From positions 1 to 36,274 of the forward strand of contig JBGPGW010000003.1 in the NCBI GenBank assembly GCA_041484095.1: DNA of 36,274 nt, read 5' to 3'. This DNA comes from Alphaproteobacteria bacterium (GTDB lineage Bacteria; Pseudomonadota; Alphaproteobacteria; CADEGL01). Shown here piece after piece: positions 26,292-36,274 of this stretch. Position 1 is the first letter of the stretch; each line of letters opens with the position of its first letter. The position numbers were made by a program, and so were the translations under genes. The notes beneath the pieces were generated by a model. The model was not told where the DNA came from, did not search any database, and saw only the letters and a program-made list of their open reading frames with translations.

Positions 26292-29200
26292 GATCGATCG
26301 GGTCAATTTTCCTGACAGTGCGCGAAGGTCTCTCGGTGATCAAGGCGCCAGCGGCGACGGTGGCGGCGAAGTCCCGAAGGGCCGGCCGCGGGCCTCCCGT
26401 GCCGTTCGCATCGTCTTGGCCGCGTTGACGGCAGTCGTCGTCGTCCTGGCCATTGCCGGCGGCGTGGCGGCCTGGCGTCTCACGACCGGGCCGATTCAGC
26501 TCGGATTCCTGACGCCCCTTGTGGCGCGGGCCCTGGGCGCGGCGATCGGTGACGCCGAGGTCCAGCTCGAGGATACGGTCCTGGTCTGGGCGGGATGGAG
26601 GAAAAACCTCGAAACGCGCGCGGAAGGCGTGCGCGTCCTCAGATCCGATGGGACCGTGCTCGCGACGGCGCCGGAGGTCGGCGTTCACCTCAGTTTCCAA
26701 GCCCTCATCCGCGGTGTGATCGCACCGACCAGCCTCGACATCTACGGTGCCCGCCTGCGTATCCGGCGGGACAGCGAGGGGCAGTTCGTCCTTGGCGTCG
26801 GAGAGGGGGCGAGTGCGCCCGGCGAGGATTTGACGAACATGCTGGCCGGGCTGGTCGCCGGTCCCGGCGGGACGGGCGGCATGAGATATCTCTCGGCGAT
26901 CACCATCCGGGACAGCACGGCGACGATCGAGGATGCGCGGCGCGACATTCCGTGGGACGCGACAATCCGGACGCTCACGCTCACGCGCCGCGCCGGCGGC
27001 ATGACGCTCGCCGGCGCGCTCCAGGTCGTCGCGGCCGGCAGTGCGCTCGATTTGAGATTCGAGGGCGCGCATGACCGGGCCGCGAAGATCATCACGCTGT
27101 CCACATCGTTCTCAGGGCTCGATCCGGCGGCGCTGGCCAAGGCCGTACCCGAGCTCGCGGAGATCAAAGCGATTTCGATGGCGCTTGGCGGGACGATCGA
27201 CGTCCGGATGAGCGAAGAAGGAGGTGTCGACAGCATGGACTTTACGGTCGGCGGCGGGCCGGGCCAGATCGTTTTGCCGAACATGTTCAAGGACGGCGTC
27301 TCGGTCGACCGGTTCGATGCCCAGGGGCGAGTCTCGGATCGTTTTTCGCGCGTTCTCCTCAAAAATGTGACTCTCGCATTGGGGCAGTCGGACATTACGA
27401 TGTCCGGGCTCGTCGACGATGTGTTCGGCAAGGGCCGGTTCCAGATCGAGGCGGCCGTCACCAACGTTCCCTTCGACGATTTGGGGCGATACTGGCCGCA
27501 TGGCCTCGCTGCGGGCGGGCGGCGGTGGGTGCTGGCCAATATGACCGACGGCGTCGCGCAGGACACGCGTCTGACGGCGAGCGGCCATCTCGGCCTCGAC
27601 GGAGCCGAGGGGACGACCCTTTCCTTTCTTCAGGGCACGATCGATTTTCACGGGATGACGGTCCGGTACTTGCCGCAGATGCCCGTCGTCCGTCAGGTCC
27701 ATGGGCAGGCGACATTCGATCAGACCCGCATCGACGTCGCGATCAAGGGCGGGTCGCTCGACGCGATCACCCTGGCGGGCGGCGAGGCTAAAATCAGCGG
27801 CCTCGACAAGTCGAACCAGTTCGCGGACATCGACCTCCGGGTGGCCGGACCGCTTCGCGATGCGCTCGAGCTGATCAACCGCGATCCGCTCTTCTTCGCG
27901 CAAAAACTCAATCTCAATCCATCGGAGATGGGCGGGTCGGCCTCGGTCGGTCTGATATTCCATATCCCGCTCCTCGATGCCTTGCGGCTCGATCAACTCG
28001 GCATCAATGCCGACGCCGCCATCGAGAAACTCGTTTGGCGAAACGCACTCCTGGGGCGTGACGTGGAGAACGGGACGCTCGATCTCAAGATCGATGACAA
28101 GGGCATGACGGGAAAGGGCAACGTCCAGCTCGCGCAGGTTCCGATCGAAGTTCGCTGGACCGAGAACTTCGCCCGCACGGCCCCTGAGGCGACCCGCGTC
28201 GAAATGTATGGCGTGCTTGCGGACGCAGATCGCAACGATCTCGGACTCGGCATGGAGCCCTATCTCAGCGGTCCGGTCGGCATCCGCGCGGTGCTCACCT
28301 CGGCCAAGCAGCACATGAAACTGACGGCGGAGGCGGATTTGACGCGCGCGACGCTCTTGATCGACGAAGTCAGTTGGAAGAAGCCGCCGGGAACGGAGGT
28401 CAAAGTGCGCCTGAGCTCGGATATTGCGCGGTCGAGCCCGATGACGCTGGCCTTCGAGGCATCCGGGGCCGGCGTTCAGACGCGCGGCCAGATCAAACTC
28501 AGCGATCAGAACAAGGGCGTGCGCGAGATTGCGTTTGATCGGTTCGTGTACGGCCGTAGCGACGTGCGGGGGGGCGTGGTGATGAAGCCGGACGGCGGCT
28601 ACGCGATGCAGGTGACCGGTGCCAGCATCGACGCCGAGCGCTGGCTCAACGGTGAAGCCGAAAAGACGGCACCCAAGGATGCGAAGCTCGCGGCGGAGGC
28701 CTTGCGCGCCAAGCGGCGGGCTATGGCGGCCCAAGGCTATACGCCGCTCGAGGCGCACATCGACGTGAAGCGCCTGTGGTTATCGAAGGATCGCGCGCTT
28801 GACGGTTTCTCCGCCGCTGTTGTCCGCGAGCGCGCGGGCTGGAAGTCGATCGAGGTTGACGCCAAGCTCGGTCAGACCGCGACGCCGATTCGCGTCCGTT
28901 ATGGCCCGGCGCAGGGCAAGTATCGCCAACTCACGATCAATTCGGACGATGCCGGCACGGCGCTCAAGGTATTCGGCATCTCGGACGGCGTGATCGGCGG
29001 CGCGCTCCAGGTCACGGGCATGGAAGATACGCGCGAGGCGCCGCTCAAGGGCGAGGCGCTCATGAAGAACTACCGCGTGACCAATGCGCCCCTGCTGGCG
29101 CGGATTCTCTCCGTGGCGTCGTTCACCGGCATCCTGCAGACCATGTCCGGAACCGGGTTGAACTTCGACAAGTTCAAGGCGATGTACAGCTACGCCGACG

Positions 29201-29553
29201 GGCTGATCGAAGTGACGGAAGGCGCGACGCGCAGCGCGGATCTTGGCTTCACGGTGGAGGGCAAGATCGATCTCGATGCCGACACCCTCGATCTCAAGGG
29301 GCTGATCGTTCCGGCCTACACGATCAACAGCATCCTCAGCAACATCCCGATCATCGGCAATATTTTCGCGCCCGGCGGCGGCGTGTTCGCGGCGACCTAC
29401 AGCGTGCGCGGCGGCATGGACGATCCATCGGTGTCGGTCAATCCGCTGGCGGCGCTGACGCCGGGGTTCCTGCGCTACATCTTCAACATCTTCGAGGGCG
29501 GGACGCCGCCGACGCCGAGCGAGCAGACGCGGCCGGGCGACGAGCCGCAATAG
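26290..29553 (+). CDS. YhdP/AsmA-like bridge-type envelope protein (DUF3971 + AsmA_2 C terminus)
   Basis: N-terminal TM, then long amphipathic beta-strand repeats; C-terminal G.I.PAY..NS....IP.IG...G..DDPSVSVNP. Start uncertain. Confidence 0.8.
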   Translation: MIDRVNFPDSARRSLGDQGASGDGGGEVPKGRPRASRAVRIVLAALTAVVVVLAIAGGVAAWRLTTGPIQLGFLTPLVARALGAAIGDAEVQLEDTVLVWAGWRKNLETRAEGVRVLRSDGTVLATAPEVGVHLSFQALIRGVIAPTSLDIYGARLRIRRDSEGQFVLGVGEGASAPGEDLTNMLAGLVAGPGGTGGMRYLSAITIRDSTATIEDARRDIPWDATIRTLTLTRRAGGMTLAGALQVVAAGSALDLRFEGAHDRAAKIITLSTSFSGLDPAALAKAVPELAEIKAISMALGGTIDVRMSEEGGVDSMDFTVGGGPGQIVLPNMFKDGVSVDRFDAQGRVSDRFSRVLLKNVTLALGQSDITMSGLVDDVFGKGRFQIEAAVTNVPFDDLGRYWPHGLAAGGRRWVLANMTDGVAQDTRLTASGHLGLDGAEGTTLSFLQGTIDFHGMTVRYLPQMPVVRQVHGQATFDQTRIDVAIKGGSLDAITLAGGEAKISGLDKSNQFADIDLRVAGPLRDALELINRDPLFFAQKLNLNPSEMGGSASVGLIFHIPLLDALRLDQLGINADAAIEKLVWRNALLGRDVENGTLDLKIDDKGMTGKGNVQLAQVPIEVRWTENFARTAPEATRVEMYGVLADADRNDLGLGMEPYLSGPVGIRAVLTSAKQHMKLTAEADLTRATLLIDEVSWKKPPGTEVKVRLSSDIARSSPMTLAFEASGAGVQTRGQIKLSDQNKGVREIAFDRFVYGRSDVRGGVVMKPDGGYAMQVTGASIDAERWLNGEAEKTAPKDAKLAAEALRAKRRAMAAQGYTPLEAHIDVKRLWLSKDRALDGFSAAVVRERAGWKSIEVDAKLGQTATPIRVRYGPAQGKYRQLTINSDDAGTALKVFGISDGVIGGALQVTGMEDTREAPLKGEALMKNYRVTNAPLLARILSVASFTGILQTMSGTGLNFDKFKAMYSYADGLIEVTEGATRSADLGFTVEGKIDLDADTLDLKGLIVPAYTINSILSNIPIIGNIFAPGGGVFAATYSVRGGMDDPSVSVNPLAALTPGFLRYIFNIFEGGTPPTPSEQTRPGDEPQ

Positions 29554-29554
29554 G

Positions 29555-30808
29555 TCAGACGATGCGCACCAGCGCGTGGCGCTTGCGGCCGGCCGACAGC
29601 TTGATCATGCCGTCCGGCGACAGATCGGCGGCGGTCACGGTCTGCGACTCATCGGTGATCGGCGCGCCATTGATTCGGCCGCCCCCGCCGCGGATGAGCC
29701 GCCGTGCCTCGCCGCGGCTGGTTGCGAGCCCGGTGCGCTGCAGAAGATCGAAGGCCGGAACGCCGGCCTCGATCTCACGCCGCGGCATCTCGATCGTCGG
29801 AAGCGATTCGCCCGCGCCGCCCTCCTCGAAGGTTTGCCGTGCCGTCTCGGCCGCGGCGGTCGCCGCAGCCTCGCCATGGACGAGGCGCGTCGCCTCATGC
29901 GCGAGCCGCTTCTTGGCCTCGTTGATCTCGGCGCCTTCGAGGGATTCGAGCCGCGCGATCTCGTCGAGCGGCAGATCGGTGAAGAGACGCAAGAACCGCC
30001 CGACATCGGCATCCTCTGTATTCCGCCAGTACTGCCAGTAGTCATAGGCCGGCATGAGATCGTCGTTGAGCCACACCGCTCCCTGCGCGGTCTTGCCCAT
30101 CTTGGCGCCGGACGCCGTCGTGATGAGCGGCGAGGTGAGCCCGAAGAGCGCGTGGTCGTCGGTGCGGCGGCCAAGCTCGACCCCGCTCACGATATTGCCC
30201 CATTGATCGGATCCGCCCATCTGGAGAACGCAGCTATGGCGGCGCGCCAGCTCGACGAAATCATAGGCCTGGAGAACCATGTAATTGAATTCGAGGAACG
30301 ACAGCGGCTGCTCGCGGTCGAGCCTGAGGCGCACGCTGTCGAAGGACAGCATCCGATTGACGGAGAAATGCCGGCCGAAATCGCGGAGAAAGGGAATGTA
30401 GGCCAGTGTGTCGAGCCATTCCCCATTATTGACGATGAGGGCCTCGGTCGGGCCGTCGCCGAAGGCCAGAAACTTGGCAAAGACCTGCCGGATGCCCCGC
30501 ATGTTCCGCGCGATGTCTTCGTCGGTGAGGAGCTTGCGCGCCTCGTCCTTGCCGGAGGGATCGCCGACTTTGGTCGTCCCCCCGCCGAGAAGCACGATGG
30601 GTTTATGGCCGGTCCGCTGCAGCAGGCGAAGCAGCATGATGGGCACGAGGGAGCCCACATGGAGGCTGGTCGCGGTGCAGTCGAAGCCGATATAGGCGAC
30701 GATTCGCCCGTCCGCGCATCGCGAATCGAGTGCCGCGAGATCCGTGCATTGATGGATGAATCCGCGGGCCTCGGCCTCGCGGAGAAAAGTCGAGCGTAGA
30801 TGCGTCAT
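29555..30808 (-). CDS. tyrS: Tyrosine--tRNA ligase
   Basis: [14 protein letters not shown] (HIGH), [16 protein letters not shown] (KMSKS), C-terminal S4 domain. Confidence 0.97.
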   Translation of the reverse strand: MTHLRSTFLREAEARGFIHQCTDLAALDSRCADGRIVAYIGFDCTATSLHVGSLVPIMLLRLLQRTGHKPIVLLGGGTTKVGDPSGKDEARKLLTDEDIARNMRGIRQVFAKFLAFGDGPTEALIVNNGEWLDTLAYIPFLRDFGRHFSVNRMLSFDSVRLRLDREQPLSFLEFNYMVLQAYDFVELARRHSCVLQMGGSDQWGNIVSGVELGRRTDDHALFGLTSPLITTASGAKMGKTAQGAVWLNDDLMPAYDYWQYWRNTEDADVGRFLRLFTDLPLDEIARLESLEGAEINEAKKRLAHEATRLVHGEAAATAAAETARQTFEEGGAGESLPTIEMPRREIEAGVPAFDLLQRTGLATSRGEARRLIRGGGGRINGAPITDESQTVTAADLSPDGMIKLSAGRKRHALVRIV

Positions 30809-30943
30809 CGCGGCCGGTCTGTCGAAAGGTCAACGCCTGGTTTCGGGCCAGCACCCGTGTTAGGCACCGACCCTTGTCTTGACTTAACATAGCCGGTGGC
30901 CCCGGTCACGAACGGCCCCGCCAACGCCTTGGGATGGAATTGG

Positions 30944-32038
30944 ATGAGCGACGTCGATCCGGTTTGGGCATTGGGACTGATGAGCGGCACGTCGCTCGAC
31001 GGCGTCGACGCGGCCTTGCTTCGGACCGATGGTGAACAGGTGTCCGGCGTCGGTGCGTTTCTCACGGTGCCTTACGAGCCGTCGTTTCGCGAGCGGCTGC
31101 GAGCCACGCTCGGGGGCGTGGGCGATGTCGAGGCCGTCGCGCGGGAGCTGACGACGATCCATGCGCGCGTGGTCGAGGCATTGCTGCGCCAGGCCGGATG
31201 CCGCGCCAGCGACATCGGCGTGATCGGCTTTCACGGTCACACGATCTTCCATGCGCCCGAGGCAGGGCGGACATGGCAGATCGGGGATGGCGCCTTGCTC
31301 GCGCGAGACACGGGTATCGATGTGGTCTCGGACTTCCGGAGCGCCGATGTGGCGGTGGGCGGGCAGGGCGCGCCCCTGGCTTCCCTCTACCATTGGGCTC
31401 TGGCGCGGACGCTCGAGCGTCCGCTGGCCGTGCTCAATATCGGCGGCGTCGCCAACGTCACCTGGATCGGACGAGAATCGCCTTCGGGCGAGCCCGATCT
31501 CTTGGCGTTCGATACGGGTCCCGGCAATGCGATGATCGACGACTGGGTGAGGCGCGCGACGGGCCGTCTTTACGATGAGGACGGCGCGCTCGCCCGCGGC
31601 GGGACGATCGATACCTCCGCGATCGGCCGCTGGCTGTCGGATCCCTATTTCCGGCGGCGTCCGCCCAAATCGCTCGACCGCAACGCGTTTTCCCTCGACC
31701 CGGTCCGAGGGCTCTCCCCGGCCGATGGTGCGGCCACGCTCGTCGCCTTCACGGCCGAAGCGGTCCGGCAGGGCGCCATGCACTTCCCCGCCGCCGCAAG
31801 ACGCTGGCTGGTAACGGGGGGCGGGCGGAGGAACCCCGTCATCATGGCCGCGCTCGGCGCGGCCTTGTCGGTGCCGGTCGAGAGCGTCGAAGCGGTCGGA
31901 TGGAATGGCGATGCGCTCGAAGCCCAGGCGTTCGCGTTTCTCGCAGTGCGCAGCCGGCGCGGATTGCCCCTGAGCCTTCCGTCAACGACAGGGGTCGCGC
32001 GAGCCACAAGCGGCGGCGTCAGCCACCGGCCCGCCTAG
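30944..32038 (+). CDS. anmK: Anhydro-N-acetylmuramic acid kinase
   Basis: GLMSGTSLDGVD, GGQGAPL, LNIGGVAN, FDTGPGN, EAQAFA.LA. Confidence 0.96.
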   Translation: MSDVDPVWALGLMSGTSLDGVDAALLRTDGEQVSGVGAFLTVPYEPSFRERLRATLGGVGDVEAVARELTTIHARVVEALLRQAGCRASDIGVIGFHGHTIFHAPEAGRTWQIGDGALLARDTGIDVVSDFRSADVAVGGQGAPLASLYHWALARTLERPLAVLNIGGVANVTWIGRESPSGEPDLLAFDTGPGNAMIDDWVRRATGRLYDEDGALARGGTIDTSAIGRWLSDPYFRRRPPKSLDRNAFSLDPVRGLSPADGAATLVAFTAEAVRQGAMHFPAAARRWLVTGGGRRNPVIMAALGAALSVPVESVEAVGWNGDALEAQAFAFLAVRSRRGLPLSLPSTTGVARATSGGVSHRPA

Positions 32039-32054
32039 GGCCCTGGTTCCGGAC

Positions 32055-32717
32055 TTAGGACGCCGCCGCTGTGAGCGGCTTGCCCAAGGCCTTGTCCATA
32101 TAGGAATCGAGATGGCCGACGAGCTCGTCGAGCCGATCCACGAAGAAGTGGTCTGCCCGCTTGATCACGCGGAAATCGATCGCGATACCACGCTGATTTG
32201 ACAGGCGATCCACGAGTTTCTTCACGGATTCGACCGGGACGATCTGGTCCTGGTCGCCATGCACGATGAGGCCGGAGGACGGGCAGGGGGCCAGGAAGCC
32301 GAAATCATAGGCATTGGCCGGCGGCGCGATCGAAACGAAGCCACTGATCTCCGGGCGGCGCATGAGAAGCTGCATGCCGATCCAGGCGCCGAAGGAGAAG
32401 CCGACGATCCAGCAGCTCGACGCATTGGCGTTGTAGGTCTGCAACCAGTCGAGGGCCGAGGCCGCGTCGCTCAGCTCCCCCTCGCCGCGGGCGAAGCTGC
32501 CTTGCGATCGTCCGACCCCCCGGAAATTGAAGCGCAACGCTGCGAAGCCGCGCCGGGCAAAGGCCTGGTAGAGGGCATAGACGACCTTATTGTTCATCGT
32601 CCCCCCATGCTCCGGGTGGGGGTGCAAGAGGAGTACGACCGGCGCATTGGCATTTTTGGCCAGGTGATATCGGCCCTCGAGGCGTCCTTCGGGGCCGTTG
32701 ATGATGACTTCAGGCAT
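32055..32717 (-). CDS. Alpha/beta-fold hydrolase
   Basis: [28 protein letters not shown] nucleophile elbow, GDQD and DHFF (Ser-Asp-His triad). Confidence 0.9.
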   Translation of the reverse strand: MPEVIINGPEGRLEGRYHLAKNANAPVVLLLHPHPEHGGTMNNKVVYALYQAFARRGFAALRFNFRGVGRSQGSFARGEGELSDAASALDWLQTYNANASSCWIVGFSFGAWIGMQLLMRRPEISGFVSIAPPANAYDFGFLAPCPSSGLIVHGDQDQIVPVESVKKLVDRLSNQRGIAIDFRVIKRADHFFVDRLDELVGHLDSYMDKALGKPLTAAAS

Positions 32718-32833
32718 CTGGTCTGGAACCTTCTACCTTGGGCCGCCCGCGCACAGGCGGCCAAAATATCCGAGCCACATGGAGGGGAAACGCCACTGCG
32801 TATCCCCGAAAAGAGCCTAATTTTTGCCCAAGA

Positions 32834-32866
32834 ATACTTGACTGCTACGCTCGGGAAACCTATATC
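32834..32866 (+). promoter_or_regulatory. Sigma70 promoter of the cysE-iscR operon overlapped by an IscR type-1-like site
   Basis: TTGACT (32838-43)-N17-TATATC (32861-66); ATACTTGACT matches the left half of the IscR type-1 motif ATASYYGACT. Confidence 0.7.
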
Positions 32867-32926
32867 CCAACCACGCCACACTGCGCGGACAGGGCTCGCT
32901 CGCTCACCGGTAATATCCTTCGCAAG

Positions 32927-33718
32927 ATGATGATGTTCAAGCGCATTTACGACGAACTGGACTCAATCATGGCGCGCGACCCGGCCGCGCGCTCCCGGCT
33001 GGAGGTTTTTCTCTGTTATTCCGGCATCCATGCCGTGTTCATCCACCGCCTGACGCATAGGCTTTGGCGGCATGGTTTTCGGCTCCTGGCTCGCCTCGTG
33101 TCGTCTGTTGGCCGCTGGTTCACGGGTATCGAGATCCATCCCGGCGCCAGCATCGGCCGGCGCTTGTTCATCGACCATGGCATGGGCGTGGTAATCGGGG
33201 AGACGGCCGTCATCGGCGACGACGTCACACTTTATCACGACGTGACGCTTGGCGGGACCTCTCCCTCCATCAATGCCCGGGCGCAGGTGGATCGCAAGCG
33301 GCATCCGACCCTAGCGGATGACGTCATCGTGGGGTCGGGCGCTCAGATTCTCGGGCCCATTACCATCGGGCGCGGCGCGCGGGTGGGCGCGAACGCGGTG
33401 GTGGTCAAGGACGTCCCGGCCTGCGTGACCGTGATCGGCATACCCGCGCGAATTGTCGAGGCGAAGGATCGCTTCGTGCAGCCCGATTTCGTCGCCTACG
33501 GAACGCCGTCCGCCGACATTCCGGATCCGCTCATTGCGATGGTCGAGGCGCTGCGGGCGCAGGTGGCCTCGCTGCGCGCCGAGCTCTCATCGCTCGCAGG
33601 CCGCGTGAGCGCGGCGGAATCGAACGGGACCAGTGCATCACCAACGGGGCCGTCAGCCGGTGCCAAGACGGAACGCGCCGAGGATACGTCATCAAGGCCG
33701 CAGGGAGCCGAGTCATGA
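32927..33718 (+). CDS. cysE: Serine O-acetyltransferase
   Basis: RDPAARS..EV; [28 protein letters not shown]; KRHPT; start at one of ATG 32927/32930/32933. Confidence 0.94.
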   Translation: MMMFKRIYDELDSIMARDPAARSRLEVFLCYSGIHAVFIHRLTHRLWRHGFRLLARLVSSVGRWFTGIEIHPGASIGRRLFIDHGMGVVIGETAVIGDDVTLYHDVTLGGTSPSINARAQVDRKRHPTLADDVIVGSGAQILGPITIGRGARVGANAVVVKDVPACVTVIGIPARIVEAKDRFVQPDFVAYGTPSADIPDPLIAMVEALRAQVASLRAELSSLAGRVSAAESNGTSASPTGPSAGAKTERAEDTSSRPQGAES

Positions 33719-34197
33719 AGCTGAGCACGAAGGGGCGGTACGCTGTCATGGCGATGGTCGATTTGGCCAGCCGCGAAGCCCAACGGCCGGTGTCGCTCGC
33801 CGAAATCGCGGGACGGCAGGGCATCTCGCTGTCCTATCTCGAGCAGCTCTTCGCCAAATTGCGCCGGCACGGCTTGGTACGCAGCGTGCGCGGCCCCGGC
33901 GGCGGGTATCGGCTGGCTCATCCGGCCGAAGGCACGCGCATCGCCGATATCATTCTCGCGGTCGACGAGCCCGTGCATGCGACGCGCTGCCGTCCCGGCT
34001 CCGCCAAGGGGTGCACGGGCACGGGAAGCCGCTGTCTCACCCACGATCTCTGGGAGGAGCTCGGCAACCAGATCCATCTGTTCCTGAGTGCCGTTTCCCT
34101 GAAGGACGTCTGTGAGCGGCGCGTGCTCGGCACGAGCGGGACGATCCATCGCTCACATCCTTCGGATGCGCATGGCATGGACAATGCTGCCGACTGA
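33715..34197 (+). CDS. iscR: Rrf2-family Fe-S regulator IscR
   Basis: [30 protein letters not shown], three Cys ligands plus His (C-x7-C-x6-CLTH.LW). Confidence 0.9.
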   Translation: MKLSTKGRYAVMAMVDLASREAQRPVSLAEIAGRQGISLSYLEQLFAKLRRHGLVRSVRGPGGGYRLAHPAEGTRIADIILAVDEPVHATRCRPGSAKGCTGTGSRCLTHDLWEELGNQIHLFLSAVSLKDVCERRVLGTSGTIHRSHPSDAHGMDNAAD

Positions 34198-34209
34198 TCA
34201 AGGCGCGCG

Positions 34210-35343
34210 ATGGAGCGGGCGCACGACATGACGTATCTCGACTACAACGCGACGGTGCCCATCCGTGCCGCCTCGGCCGAGGCGGTTCGCTCCACGCTGG
34301 AGATCGCCGGCAACGCGTCCTCCGTTCATCGTTTCGGCCGGACGGTGCGGCGCGTGATCGAGGATGCGCGCGAGCAGGTCGCGGCCCTCGTCGGCGCGCA
34401 GCCATCCGGCGTCATCTTCACATCGGGCGGCACCGAGGCGAACAATCTGGCGCTCGGCGGCGCGGCGCGGCCGCGGATCGCGGCAGGCTCGACCGAGCAT
34501 CCCTCCGTGTTGCGCGCACGGCCTGGCGTGGAGACCGTTCGCGTCGATCGCAACGGGGTGATCGACCTCGATGACCTGCGCCATCGTCTTGCCTCGGACG
34601 CAAAGCCGGCGATCGTCTCGATCATGCTGGCCAACAACGAAACGGGGGTGATCCACCCCGTTCGGGAGACGGCCGAGATCGCCCGCACGTTCGGGGCGCT
34701 GGTTCATTGCGATGCGGTCCAGGCGGCCGGGCGGATCGCGATCGACATGGGAAGGCTGGGCGTCGACATGATATCGCTCTCGGCCCACAAGCTCGGCGGG
34801 CCGCCCGGCGTGGGGGCACTCGTCCTCGCCGACGGCGTCGAGATCGCGCCGCTGCTGCTCGGCGGCGGGCAGGAGCGGCGGCTGCGCGCAGGCACGGAGA
34901 ACGCGCCGGGCATCGCCGGCTTCGGCGCCGCGGCCGCGGATGCGCGGGGCGAGACACTGTCGGCCGGCGCGCTGTCCGCCCTGCGCGACGAGATGGAGCA
35001 TCGCCTGTCCGCCGCGACGCCTGATGCGCGGATTTACGGCGCGAGCGTCCAGCGCCTTCCCAATACGACTTGCATCTCAATGCCGGGTGTCGCAAGCGAG
35101 ACGCAAATCATGGCGCTCGACCTCGAGGGTTACGCGGTCTCCGCGGGATCGGCGTGTTCGTCCGGCAAGGTCGAGGCCTCGCACGTCCTCTTGGCGATGG
35201 GCGTCGCCGAAGCCGAGGCGCGCACCGCCATCCGCATCAGTCTCGGCTGGCGCACGACCCGTGCCGAAATCACGAATTTCGTCGAGGCGTGGACGCGGCT
35301 CTATCGGCGTCTCGGCCTGCCGTCCATCGTGTCGGCGGCCTGA
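34210..35343 (+). CDS. iscS: Cysteine desulfurase (IscS/NifS group I)
   Basis: [25 protein letters not shown] (PLP Lys), SAGSACSSG; start 34210 or 34228. Confidence 0.88.
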   Translation: MERAHDMTYLDYNATVPIRAASAEAVRSTLEIAGNASSVHRFGRTVRRVIEDAREQVAALVGAQPSGVIFTSGGTEANNLALGGAARPRIAAGSTEHPSVLRARPGVETVRVDRNGVIDLDDLRHRLASDAKPAIVSIMLANNETGVIHPVRETAEIARTFGALVHCDAVQAAGRIAIDMGRLGVDMISLSAHKLGGPPGVGALVLADGVEIAPLLLGGGQERRLRAGTENAPGIAGFGAAAADARGETLSAGALSALRDEMEHRLSAATPDARIYGASVQRLPNTTCISMPGVASETQIMALDLEGYAVSAGSACSSGKVEASHVLLAMGVAEAEARTAIRISLGWRTTRAEITNFVEAWTRLYRRLGLPSIVSAA

Positions 35344-35363
35344 GGAGCGAGGAAAGAACCCCG

Positions 35364-36274
35364 ATGGCATCAACCGCCGATACGCTGCAGTCGATCATCA
35401 CGCCCTACAAGCATGGCTTCGTGACCGATATCGAGGTCGACGATCGCCCGGCGAAGGGCCTCGATGAGGAGACGGTCCGGTTCATCTCCGGCAAGAAGGA
35501 CGAGCCGGAATGGCTGCTCGAATGGCGGCTGAAGGCGTTCCGCTTCTGGCGGGACCGCCTGTTGCCCGGGGCCGAGCCGCGCTGGGCGCGGGTGAGCTTC
35601 CCGCCCATCGACTACCAAAATTCCTACTACTACGCCGCGCCCAAGACGAAGGTCGCGCCCAAGAGCCTCGACGAGATCGATCCTGAATTGCTGAAGACAT
35701 ACGAAAAGCTCGGCATTCCGCTGCGCGAGCAGGAACGTCTGCATGGCGTCGCGGTCGATGCGGTGTTCGACAGCGTGTCGGTCGCGACGACCTACAAGGA
35801 AAAGCTCGGCGAGCTCGGCATCGTCTTCTGCTCCTTCTCCGATGCCGTGAAGACGCATCCCGATCTCGTGCGCCAGTATCTCGGCAGCGTGGTTCCCTAC
35901 TCCGACAATTTCTACGCGACGCTCAACTCCGCCGTGTTCAGCGACGGCTCGTTCGTCTACATCCCGCCCGGCGTGCGCTGTCCGATGGAGCTTTCGACCT
36001 ATTTCCGCATCAACGCGGCGGAAACGGGCCAGTTCGAGCGGACGCTCATCATCGCCGACCGCGGCAGCCATGTGAGCTACCTCGAGGGCTGCACGGCGCC
36101 CATGCGCGACGAGAACCAGCTCCATGCCGCCGTGGTCGAGCTGGTCGCGCTCGACGACGCGCAGATCAAATACTCGACGGTCCAGAACTGGTACCCCGGC
36201 GACGAGAACGGCAAGGGCGGGATCTACAACTTCGTGACCAAGCGCGGCGCGTGCCGCGGCGCGCGCTCGAAGAT
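35364..36274 (+). CDS. sufB: Fe-S cluster assembly scaffold SufB (runs off the window)
   Basis: Not in the ORF track because it has no stop. Manual translation: [10 protein letters not shown]...[12 protein letters not shown]...[13 protein letters not shown]...[15 protein letters not shown]...ELSTYFRIN...GQFERTL...EGCTAP...YNFVTKRG. Confidence 0.95.
   Translation, partial: MASTADTLQSIITPYKHGFVTDIEVDDRPAKGLDEETVRFISGKKDEPEWLLEWRLKAFRFWRDRLLPGAEPRWARVSFPPIDYQNSYYYAAPKTKVAPKSLDEIDPELLKTYEKLGIPLREQERLHGVAVDAVFDSVSVATTYKEKLGELGIVFCSFSDAVKTHPDLVRQYLGSVVPYSDNFYATLNSAVFSDGSFVYIPPGVRCPMELSTYFRINAAETGQFERTLIIADRGSHVSYLEGCTAPMRDENQLHAAVVELVALDDAQIKYSTVQNWYPGDENGKGGIYNFVTKRGACRGARSK

Noticed and set aside
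24615-28758. Long antisense ORFs over glnE (24615-26315) and the yhdP-like gene (27112-28758)
   Set aside because: Shadow frames of well-supported genes; no domains or RBS recognised
30809-30943. T-box or other leader RNA for tyrS
   Set aside because: The gap is only 135 bp, is shared with anmK and has no T-box motif
1-36274. CRISPR arrays, IS/integrase, prophage, defence systems, tRNA/rRNA
   Set aside because: No regularly spaced repeats, transposase or phage-like ORFs, or RNA gene signatures found by eye; nearly all sequence is explained by recognisable genes

Overview
GC-rich alphaproteobacterial chromosome segment. The gene content and order (fliX, alpha-type cheZ, motE, glnE-bcp, tyrS/anmK, cysE-iscR-iscS-sufB) point to a Rhodospirillales-like organism, which is an inference. 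Bases 1-22.2 kb are mainly a flagellar cluster. It contains flgI-flgJ-flgN-flgK-flgL-fliW (minus), fliX-dksA (plus), an intervening marR-emrA-emrB / PPIase block, flgF-flgG-flgA-flgH (minus), and fliL-fliM-DUF6468-motE-cheY-cheZ-two MotB-like genes-large TPR gene (plus). Sigma54, IHF, ftr-like (FlbD) and CtrA sites can be read directly from the intergenic DNA. The rest is housekeeping: GYD protein, bcp, glnE, a YhdP/AsmA-like protein, tyrS, anmK, an alpha/beta hydrolase and the start of an Fe-S biogenesis operon. No mobile elements, CRISPR arrays, tRNA or rRNA were seen. The best candidates for under-described biology are (i) a MotA-less pair of degenerate MotB-like proteins plus a secreted TPR protein, possibly a motor scaffold, and (ii) a FliW homologue in a lineage that generally lacks CsrA.
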